64,000 nt of DNA. Origin: Lepidodermella squamata (Eukaryota; Animalia; Gastrotricha). The notes below the pieces were generated by a model that was given only the letters and a program-made list of their open reading frames with translations, was not told where the DNA came from and made no database searches. Each line of letters opens with the position of its first letter. The stretch's first letter is position 1. Location: the NCBI GenBank assembly GCA_047495785.1, contig JBLDXI010000017.1, positions 1,116,001 through 1,180,000 of the forward strand, written 5' to 3'. Made by a program: the position numbers and the translations under genes. Positions 23,601 through 33,683 of this stretch are shown here, in pieces.

Positions 23601-26600
23601 AACTAACGGAATACCCAAGGTGCGATCATTTACATTGTTGATGTAGATTAAGTGATAAGTGAACAGTGAAAGTTACGAATCAGTATCGTACATCACTCCC
23701 CCATCGACATCACTCGAGTGATCTCGGAAAAAGTTGACTAGAGTGATGTCGATGGGGCCAAACTGCTTCGATGTGATAACTGCTGTAGCTGAGTGTCAAA
23801 AGAGCCATTAGATCCACCTCGAATGAAGGCAGAGTCTAGCAGCAGCATGCAAATACCGTTTACCGTTTACCGAAAACGCCTTAATGCAGCAAGGTATTAA
23901 CTAAATAGCCGCCAAAACACAAGTGAGCGATTTGTTATTGATGGCCGAAACGGCCACAATGAGGGGAAAAATCGTAAAAGCGGCAACGCTTGTTAGAGAT
24001 ATATAGGATTCTTCGACTTTTTCAAGAATTAAAGAGCGCAGCTTTCGCTTTAGCGCCCTGAGACCCACTTCAGGCGATGGTGAGGATACATACCTTAGAC
24101 ACAAATTAAATTCGCAGATGGTTAAATTTCAAATTGACATAAAATCCAAGCGCTTTCTAGAGGACCACTCCGATGAATAGTACGAATAACTCGAATTAAA
24201 TGAGAAGCAGGAAATCGGTTTTGGAAGCACCAAGCCTACGCATTATCAATCATGTGTTGCGGCACTACGCTAACATTTCAACCGTTTCGCTAAAATTTCA
24301 GTACAAAGTATACAACCTGATCAATCACACCGAAAACGTTTTGCAATAAATTATTCACTAAAATATTCTTACCTAATTAAAAATGGGCCAGCTTCAAGTT
24401 AAAAGGGGTTTTCAAGTAATTTTCGTCATAACCACGTGGCGTCCGATTGGAAGCTCTGACAACCTGGACTGAAGTTACCTGGATGAGTTACAATCCAGCA
24501 AGGTACTAACGAGTACGTGAAATAAAAACCGTCAAAACTGCGAGATAATGCGCGTTACAACAAACTCAAAATTTCAAGACAAACAAAAGATGGATAGCTA
24601 CTAGAGATTGTGCTTATTTTATATATTTCTTATTTAAAGAGCGCAGCTTTTGCTTTAGCGCCCTGAGACCCACTTCAGGCTATGGCAAGGATACATACCT
24701 TAGACACAAATTTAATTCGCAGATGGTTGAAGTTACATGGTACCCAATTTCCACCCGCCCGCTGTGAGGTGATATTATCAAACCCTAATAACTGTCTTAA
24801 TTTACGCAATTATCATTCGAGTCATTTCATAGGAGACAAGCCAGTAAAGCAGCGGACTAATCTTTGATAGCTGCTGCTGACGATCAGACAATCAGATAGC
24901 TAAGTTGGAGGGAAGTTGCGAAACAAATGCGAGGGGGAAAGAGCGGATGGAAGAATGTCAAGCGCAAAATTAGGCGAATTCCGACTAAAAAATAGTTGAC
25001 CTGCTACGCAATCAAAAAAAATACAAAGCTTGCCATACTGCACGATGATAGAAAAGGCGGTCAGCTCAATCCCAAGCTTTAATCCTCCACTACTAAATCT
25101 AATCAACATGGATGAAGAAACATTTCACCCGTTACCAATTACCAAACAATGTATTGGTCCCAAAGAAGAAGAAGAAGAAGAAATAACTGGAATATATCTA
25201 AACTTCGTTGATTTTCGCAAAGCTAGAAAATGATTTTTTCTTGTTTCCTTATATTTTAGATTTAAAGAGCGCAGCTTTCGCTTTAGCGCCCTGAGACCAA
25301 CATCAGGTGATGGTAAGGATACATACCTTAGACACAAATCAAATTCGCAGATGGTTAAAGATGAAAAGGACCCAATTTTCAACCGCCCGCTGAAATCTGA
25401 TATCAATAAATCTATCGCATGGCCTCAAATTCCACAATACTTTCAATATCAGGCAATATGATAAACTCAGTGCGGCGGAAAATATTTTCCGAATGGATGG
25501 AATGCAAGGGAATAGCACAAAAAGCGTAGAAGGGATATGACATCCTACAAATCAGGATTACTCCTCAAGTTCGACTCTTCTTTCATTCGTGAGGCGGGCA
25601 TCGAAGAAATCATTTAGTTGACAGAATTATCAAAATGTTGGAGATGCCTGCAATATTCAAGATCGCATTTTGCCTCGTGTTTTTCATTGGCGAAATAGAC
25701 GCTATGACACACGCCACACGCTTACCTATCTACTGTTAAAGAAATAAATTTACTACTCCTAATTCGCTTTCTGCTCAAACGCATCAGTCATCACCAAAGC
25801 AATTATCCATCATTCACGATCGAGTTACTTCCATTATCTTTGCCATTAAGGTGGCGACATGAAATCCAGCATAAGGGCGTGGAATAGCGACGCGCATCGC
25901 AAATCGTATTTTGGTTTTTCCTTTTATTTATGGGTTTTAAAGAGCGCAGCTTTCGCTTTAGCGCCCTGAGACCAACATCAGGTGATGGTAAGGATACATA
26001 CCTTAGACACAAATCAAATTCGCAGATGGTTAAATTCTACAATGAAGGAACTCTTCAGCGCTTGCTAAAAGCTCAGATCATTCAACTTAGTCCACAGAAC
26101 AAGAAATATGATATGCCTTAAATGTTGAGAAGAATCAACTTCCCGGGATTTAATTTTAAATACGACAGATATTAAAATAAAATTGATACGAAAGCTCGCT
26201 GCTTGCGAGAGCTTGATGATAAAAATTATCAAAACTGATAGCCATAAATCGGAAAAATCAAGCACTAGGCTAAAATTAGATGAAATTGGAACTTACGAAA
26301 ATTGAGTTTTTAGTGTTGTCGGCAATGAACACCTGCTTGTCACGGCTGACGCACATAGCAAACGGGAAAGTCATGCTCTCCTGGGCGGACTGACTCAGGC
26401 AAGTGAAATGGTGCAGCCGTTTCCCGGAAGGCGAGTAGACCGAAACAGTCATCACCAAACCTTGAAGGACAACAACATTTCCGTCCACGTCGACGCAAAT
26501 GCCGCGCGGGTGCTGGATTTCGTCGACAGCAATGCGTCGAACAAACTGGTAGGACGAATCGAACACCTGAATGAGTTTTAGGGGCGCGCGCTCCGTGATA

Positions 26601-29600
26601 TAAAAATTGCCGGTTATCGGGCAGATGCTCGCGCGGTTCGGGAAGTGCAGTCGGCGGTCGCTATTCGGGTTGGGGCCGAAGGCCATCTTGAAAGCGCCGT
26701 TGCTCGAAAAAATCTGAATGCGATGGCCGTTCGCATCGGCGACGACCAGGTCGTTGTTAGGGCTGGCACATAAACCACTTGGCTCGTTGAATTGACCTAA
26801 GGCGTCGCCGCCCTGGCCGATTTTGAGGTTGAACTGTATGCGGTAGCGGGCGAACACGGGTGGCGGACGGATGTTGACTGACACATTCAGATTGCCAAAC
26901 GGAGCGCCGTTTGAAGACGCGCCGGAATTGTCGAGGTTGAGCGCAGTATTGCAACGGCGAATACCCGTTTCAGCCGGAAATTCTTGGGCATCTAAACAGT
27001 AAAAATCGCGAAATTATCAAAAAATAATCCACCTTAATAAATAGGATAAGTATACGGCAGAAATCAGAATTGTCTACAGCCGCAAGTGAACATGAAACGA
27101 TAGAGAGGAGGATGAAGCATAAATGAACGTAACTTCGGCGAGCCACTGCGGGAGACTGCGCTCGCGTGCGTAAAATGTGCGTAATCCCGCGAGTGGTGAG
27201 GGCGACATTGCGTAACACCTGGTCGGTCTTGCGCGACGTTCCGCGGAAACACACAGAGGACCAGTACTTGAAAGAATTTGCCCGCAATGCCACTCAAAAC
27301 ATTTCCGATGAAAAAATCAAAATGTTCACAAAATGTTTTGAAGTAAATTACGAAATAAAGCAATCTCTTAAGCGTCAATTTTGAAAGCTGGTTGTAGTAA
27401 GTAATATTAATTATTCTTGGGACATTTTTAGGGCCGCTCTAAGCGCGCGATCTGACTGGTCGTTCGCGCTCGTTGAGAAATTTTTGGTGATTTTAAAAAA
27501 TTTCAGAAAATTTCCGAAAATAAATACCTACCTGTTCAAATATTGAACATTTCGAAGCTGAATTAAGTAAGTCATCGGGGTCAACAGCGAAATTGCGAAT
27601 TGCCAGAAATACCAGCAAAAATAAAAAATAATATCCTTTTTCGAAGGGAATTTCCAAAAAATTGATTGCACTCCGAGATCGATGCAAAACAGGTTTTCTT
27701 CATTTTCTTCATTTTTTCTAGTTATAAATTATAATTCGTTATTTACGGAGTATACTCATTTCCTGCAGCTTGACCGAGATATGAGATCGAACAAAATCTA
27801 AAGGCAGGTCGAAGACTGCAGGTAAAATTATAACAACTTGGAAATTCGCAATATAGAAAATATTAACTGAGAGGTACCCGAATACTTTTCAAGATTCCTA
27901 AAATTCAAGTGAAATAATTGAATACGAACGTAATACAAATGCGAATAAAACCGAACGCAAACACCAAAAATGTCGGAAAACAAAGCGGGCTCAGGAATCA
28001 AAAGGCCACAAGTGGGCGGATGGAGGGTCATGATTTTTCTCCATAGCTAATCGTAATTCTCAATTTACCTAGGTTAAAAAGCCCATTTCAGGACTGAGGC
28101 TACGGTTTTTTTTATAAAATATCCCGGGCCGAGGTGATTTTTCATTCGGCTAGATCTTTCTTTCCAAAAATTGAAAAACGTGCTCATTAAAAAAGCGATA
28201 ATTGGTGGGCAATAATACTTATGGCTGAGTAGTATTATTGCAGCTGATTTATGATATCAGCGAATCGAATAATTACGGGAAATAGGAAAATAGGAAAATA
28301 ATTTGCTTCAATTGGTTTAATCCTAACTGGGCCGGCGAAGTCGCACAACTTCCTAAAACCGGGAAAAATTTCTGGTAATAATTTTGAATAACAATATTTT
28401 TAGTTAATAATTATCAGTAATCAAGTATGATATCTAATGTTATCTAGAGGCTAGAGGTAAAATTCGAAGTTAAATGAAACAAAAACCGAAATCCGACGGC
28501 GATCAAGAGCAACGGGCGAAAACTTTAGGGTATTGGCGTGGAAAATGCCCCCACATATTGGAAAATAACGAATTGTTTCGGGTTAAAATCAGCATGATTA
28601 CGAGTTAGGTTCGAGATTTTATAATATATCCGAAACATTAAACGAATTCCAAAGATTTAACAAAATTCAAGATTTAGAGAAAAAATGTTTGCGCATAAAA
28701 TCAAGAAAAACTCAATTGCGAAATCGACAGGGCCAAATATTCCCTCCTTGGTAAGATAAAAGTCCAACTCTATTGAAGCATAGCGGAATATTTCAGGAAA
28801 AGGAGTACACATTTGAATTCTTCCGCCCGCCTAAGATTCGAAAAAGACGCGAATTTTTAAATTAGAATTATGAGATTGGAATATAACATAATGAAATTCT
28901 CACGTTTGTTCTCGACGTTGCCAGCAATCGACGCGTTAGCTGAATGAGGCATTTCTTCAGGAACAGCGCAAATCTCCGCGAATCTCGGCACAGGTGACGT
29001 CGGAACGGAGAAGGTCAAGCGGGTGGCAATTTGACTAGCGCCGACGTTCAGTTGCTGGTTCTCAAACGTGGCGTCCAGCATAGACGGTAACCCCAATTTA
29101 CTCGGCATTTTCTTCTTTGGAGTCGACGAGCAGTTCTAAAAAAATCGAAATTAATTTACAATTCTCGAAAATGCTGATTTCATCAATCATCCGTAGAGCA
29201 GAGGATCGCACTGACAATAAACAACATCAATTCCCCACTTTTATTGCACAACTCAAATGTCGCGTTTTTACGGCGGCGAAATTTCATTCAAAGATCAGTC
29301 AAAACAAAAATCAAATTAATCGACAGACAGCAACAACCAGCAGCATCAAAACATCAAAAGGCAGCAAATCAAACAGCAATCAAACTACTACGAAGAAAAA
29401 GAATCGCTGATGAAACTAACTGGAGCTTCGCTTTGTTCGTCGTCGACCACTTGATCGTCGATGGCAATCGCCGGCGCAGTTTGCGTCGAAGCGGATTCAT
29501 GCGTCGTGCTTTTATCGTCGCTGTTACTCTTCGGAGCCCGATTCTTGGCGTCTAACAGCTTTTCAAAGTTATCGCAATGAAATTGCGCGCTGCTGATGGC

Positions 29601-31048
29601 AGTTTGAGCCCTGCCCCTCAACCAATGACGAACTAAACAATAAATCGCTCAATTCACATCGCAAAAATCACTCAAAGACAACTTACATAAGCAAAGTTCT
29701 TGAGTTGTGCAGTAAGCTAGGCTCTCATTGCCAAGGAGGCGCAGTCGAGTGAGGCAGTCTTTCGTCGTTCCGAGTTGGTTCATAACAGAATAAATCATAG
29801 AAATGAATTGATACGGGTCGTCGACGTGCACTCGCGAGGTTACCGCCAGCATTTGCAAATGAAGACCGTATTGTTCGAGCCTATCGATGTAGTAACTCAT
29901 CAGCTTCAAATAAGATCGCATCTGAAACGAGAACGAAATTTCTCTTGTACCAATGAGTGATAAAAAGGGGGCACATACGAAGGCAATTTCATGCTGAGTT
30001 ACGGCGGCGTCGAAGTGCTTCAAATTGTGCAGGTAATATCCATTCGAGTGTTCAGTTTTGACGTGACCCGCAGCGCAATCATCGCACAGGGCGCAGTGGC
30101 AAGTGCGGCAATAAATTTTGATAAATTCGCCGGCGTGAACAGGGCATTCGACGTAGGCCTGGCGATTTTGGCGCAGATAACTCATCAACCAATTCGGGTC
30201 ACGACACAGCTCGCGCAGTCTGTGTTAAAAGGAAACAACCACATTTTATTGCAGGGCGCGAATTATTAGTAGGGCGGCGAAATCGCCGAGGTCAAGTGCG
30301 CGTTAGAAAATCGTGCGTTTGACCTAATTTTTCAGAAAACTCACGCCATGTTAGTTGCTACACTGAAGATCCGGTCTCTCAGGCCAATTTTCAGGCAGTT
30401 TTCGCAGAGTAAGATGTTTTTAGCCTTGAAAATGCTGATAGCCGGGTTTCGGCACTGTTGACCGAGGTGGCGTTCCTCGCAGCAGAACGGGCCGTCGCAA
30501 ATCGGGTTGTTACTGTTCAGACGACGGATCAGCGAGTTGATCAGCGCTAAAAAATGAAAAATCGATATAAATTAAATAAAAAATTCTGAAAAAAGCTAAC
30601 AAGGAATGTCAGTCAGCATAGCGTTAACACCATTAACAAGGGCTTCGCTGGTGTTTTCTGGCAAATCAACAGGCGGGCAGTCGTTCGCCGGGCAAATCAG
30701 GCTGCCGTGGCCGTTCGATGCATCGCAGTAGCACTGGGCACAGAATGTGTGCAGGCAATCGGCGATTTTCGGCAGGCGATGGACGCTATCAAACCAGTTG
30801 TGACAGCTCTTGCAGCGGCCGTCTTGGTGGTTGAACAAATCCGCACGGGCAATTTCTCGCTGCAAGTTTTGCGTCGGCGGCGTGAAATAAGACAGAGAAC
30901 GAATAGGCGTCGGATTTTGCGGGCGCTGCAGTTGCTCGGCTAGCGAATTGACGCTGCTGCCTGACGAAAAGCGGCTCAGAATGATCGACGGCGGAGACGA
31001 CAACGTGGAGCTCTGAGGATTCTCAAAGTTGTTCGTTGAATTCTGCAT
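20613..31048 (-). CDS. brat: TRIM-NHL protein, brain tumor (brat)/NCL-1-like, with RING, two B-boxes, coiled coil and NHL repeats
   Basis: RING (CKSC...CLHTFCAQC...CPANDC), B-box (CPVH...YCRTCHCALCDDC) and NHL repeats (GQFNEPSG, HPRGICVD, YPVGVDINHRGELVVCDNHETFNITI, EVKHA, STKDYKVYIY) that match my recollection of the Brat C-terminus. Large intron 21095-26296. Confidence 0.85.
21244..21336 (-). ncRNA. Putative spliced-leader RNA gene, copy 1 (leader 21307-21336)
   Basis: 93-nt unit with a 30-nt leader ending AAG|GTATGT; 3 substitutions relative to the major type. Confidence 0.8.
21928..22020 (-). ncRNA. Putative spliced-leader RNA gene, copy 2 (major type)
   Basis: Identical to copies 7 and 8 over 93 nt. 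Confidence 0.8.
22497..22774 (-). pseudogene. Putative SL RNA gene copy 3, interrupted at the splice donor
   Basis: Major-type sequence split by a 181-bp insertion with a duplicated ACCT (22558-22561 and 22743-22746). Confidence 0.8.
22562..22742 (+). mobile_element. Short structured insertion at the SL donor (possible truncated SL-targeting retroelement)
   Basis: 4-bp target duplication. Hairpins favoured on the + strand (AACC-UACG-GGUU; CUGUUGUA-AAA-UACGAUAG). Ends in AATAA(A) at the junction. Confidence 0.55.
23356..23448 (-). ncRNA. Putative spliced-leader RNA gene, copy 4
   Basis: 1 substitution relative to the major type. Confidence 0.8.
23699..23757. repeat. Hairpin with 17-bp perfect arms in the SL array spacer
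   Basis: CCCCATCGACATCACTC (23699-23715) is the reverse complement of GAGTGATGTCGATGGGG (23741-23757). Confidence 0.85.
24031..24123 (-). ncRNA. Putative spliced-leader RNA gene, copy 5
   Basis: 5 substitutions relative to the major type, mostly in loops or linker. Confidence 0.8.
24636..24728 (-). ncRNA. Putative spliced-leader RNA gene, copy 6 (most divergent)
   Basis: About 8 substitutions in loops or linkers; donor intact. Confidence 0.75.
25264..25356 (-). ncRNA. Putative spliced-leader RNA gene, copy 7 (major type)
   Basis: Identical to copies 2 and 8. Confidence 0.8.
25381..25420 (-). promoter_or_regulatory. snRNA-type proximal sequence element of SL copy 7 (-64 to -25); equivalent elements upstream of all 8 copies
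   Basis: Gap-free, semi-conserved 40-mer (minus strand ATGCGATAGATTTATTGATATCAGATTTCAGCGGGCGGTT), separated from the RNA start by 24 variable nt in 7 of 8 copies and 23 in copy 2. Confidence 0.65.
25939..26031 (-). ncRNA. Putative spliced-leader RNA gene, copy 8 (major type)
   Basis: Identical to copies 2 and 7. Confidence 0.8.
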
Positions 31049-33683
31049 TATTTTTGTTAAAGAGACGACCTATCAAATGGGCACATTGAATTTAACGAAG
31101 GGAAAAACTCGCGGTTGAAAGTTTCGACTACACGCAAAATCAACTCCAGCAATTATCACCTAAAATTGGAAAATCTAGCTAAACTCGTAGGCCAGTGGCC
31201 ATGCGGGAAAAATTACCGCGTTTTGCTGCGCCTGGAACGCATGACAGGCGCAACGGCCACGCGATTATTCTCGCAAACAACCCGAGAAAACGCGTGCCAA
31301 AAATTATTCCGTCGTTCGCTTTGTAGAATAATGATTTCTGTGTTGCAAAACACAGAAAAAAAATTATTGCCGCGCGCAGCCCTCTCGACTAGATGAAAGG
31401 CCTAGACGCCGCTTTGCGTTTGAGATGGCAGGTCATCGACAAAAAATAGCTCGCCACAGACCGCACTAGGTCACGACGTAAGCTCCGCCCATTTTCGACA
31501 CTTCCACTTCTTCGTTTTGAGCTTTTATCGCGCATCAACAAGGGCTTGTCGCTTTTTGATTTTTGATGAATTGCTGAGCTTACCTCGTTCCTAATAAAAT
31601 AAATGACGAGTTTTGAATAATGAAAATGATGAATACGATTAGCTCTATGTGTCTCTTTAAAATCGTAAAATTATTTCGTAGTTTTTCTATAATTTTTTCA
31701 TCGAATTTCGAATTTAGTGTCATTTGATGATCAGGTATTGCTATTGATCTCTACATTTTTCATTTTCAAACCTACATTTTTTATTATTTTATTTCAGTGA
31801 AGCCTCACGAGCGTGATGTAATTGCAGCGGGCCCCTAAGCGTTTAAACTTGGGCAGCTACTGTCGGTGGCTCGGGACGACCATCAAAGATATCTCTCCTT
31901 GGCGGCTTTGTATCGATCAAAAGAGCTTGCAGCAGAGCGGCTCAGATTGACATTCGGAATCTTTTGCTGCAGCTTTAACAAAATTTAAATGAATAAATTG
32001 ACTGAAATATTTTGTATTTCCATTCGAATGGTGAAGCGATTGAAAGAAAGTAAAAATCGATGAGAATTACATCGGCTGGTAATTTTTGGCATCCCTGCAA
32101 CTCGTTTATTGGTTATGACAGAAGTTCATAATTGTTTCTTAAATACCGCAAATGTCGAAGGCTGCAGGCACAATATTTCTGATTCAACACGAGCCGTCCT
32201 CGTTTTCCCCGCATTTAAATTGCCTTCAACTTGGATTAAGCGTCAACGATCCTAAAATATCGCATCCGCACTGACACCTTTTCGACTCAAATGATTTTTT
32301 CGTGCTCAATAACAGAAGTCCTTATTAACAGTGGGAAGTGAGATGCGACCAGTAAAGCCCATTCACTCATTGATCTGTAGAATTATTTGCAGGAATTTCT
32401 GCGTAATGCAGCTGAAGACTGCCGTTGAGCAAAAAAAACAAAAAAGTTCTAACACGTTTTGACGTCCACATTTTTTATTTCATTTATAAAGCAGCAATCG
32501 TACATAAAACATTAAAAATTTTGAAATGAAAGACAAGTGTATCAAGTTTAAGTCGATGCAGTTCAGCCGAGATCAGTTGCAGCACCTTGTAGTCAAAATT
32601 GGAGGAAGACGATTTTCCGGCGTATTTCAGATGGAAATGGATGTCCAGGCGAGGCGGAGTTTCATCATCATGTTAACGGCACCTATGAAAATTTGATGAA
32701 ATATTACTTGGCTGTTGATTCTGACATCGTGGCAGCTAAAAATTGCGTTAGAAAAAATGATTAGTTTCCAGAAAAAAATCAGGGTATCAATACAAAAATT
32801 AGCATGACTACCCAAGAGATTCAGTTGGCATTCAAAAATATATCAGCTTCTCGAATAATCGTCAATTGATTCCATACCAGCCCCAGCCATCAACATTTCA
32901 CCACTTTCCGGTCATATATATTATCACAGCTCGCCATAACACTTCTGATTAATGTCTCAAAAACGTACACTTCTTCAACACGTAGTTTACTTTCAAACAC
33001 TACCAGCATCATCATCATCATTATGATTTGTTCACAAAAGATAGGAATTTTAACGTCATAAAAAACAAAAACACGACTCAACCGTGCGTTCCGCTTTTTC
33101 GGAAAAAGTTCACACACGGACGGCCACAGAAATTTTTTTAAGCTGGATTTTTTATACATCAAATCAGCACAACTCGGTTGTCGTTTCAGTTCGATCGATC
33201 GATCAACAATCAATTATCATCGCTCAGTAAAATTAGAAACACGGGTAATCATATGTGATTAGAGCGTGACATGATATTACTATTTATTTATATTTAATTA
33301 ATGCAACTCGGGATGATTTTTTTCAGTCGACAACCAGCCAGCTCCATAAACCAGCGGTCGATCGAATTAGCTGTAGTTGTGTAGTAGGAGTAGTAGTAGA
33401 GTAAATAGCAGCAGCATCAGCAGGATTGACGATCGACAGAAACGACTCACGCGCGCACTTCACCGCATCAACTTCTCATAGACTTCAGGCACCTGTAGTC
33501 AACACAACAAACACGCATCGTCATCATGGTCATCCTCAATACTTTCACCACCATCCATCGATTTCACGCCTCAGAGTCTCATTTATTTGGTTGTTTTCTT
33601 TTCAAGCGCGGCGGTGCTCAGCCAACCAACCACACTGAAGGCAAGCAAACAACAACACTAAATGCTACAAACATGCCTGTGAT

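Noticed and set aside
25264-25356. U4atac, U7 or hammerhead ribozyme identity for the repeat
   Set aside because: Only the first 7 nt (AACCAUC) resemble U4atac. There is no exact U7 Sm site or U7 layout, and the hammerhead CUGANGA core is absent.
21244-26031. CRISPR-like repeat-spacer array or guide+scaffold RNA system
   Set aside because: The context is eukaryotic, with 93-nt repeats, spacers of about 500-600 bp and no nuclease gene. The 24-nt variable segment is better explained as the PSE-to-TSS spacer, although TSS mapping is needed to exclude a transcribed 5' guide.
23329-26121. Short ORFs sharing ...CEFDLCLRYVS... or ...KERSFRFSALRP...
   Set aside because: These are translations of the RNA repeat. 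Flanks are not conserved at protein level and the frames are closed in other copies.
27064-27384. ORFs in the brat intron (possible transposase fragment)
   Set aside because: No recognisable motif, TIR or splice context.
31798-31980. Exon-like GC-richer segment after a TTTCAG acceptor
   Set aside because: Stops occur in all frames near the start and there is no recognisable homology.
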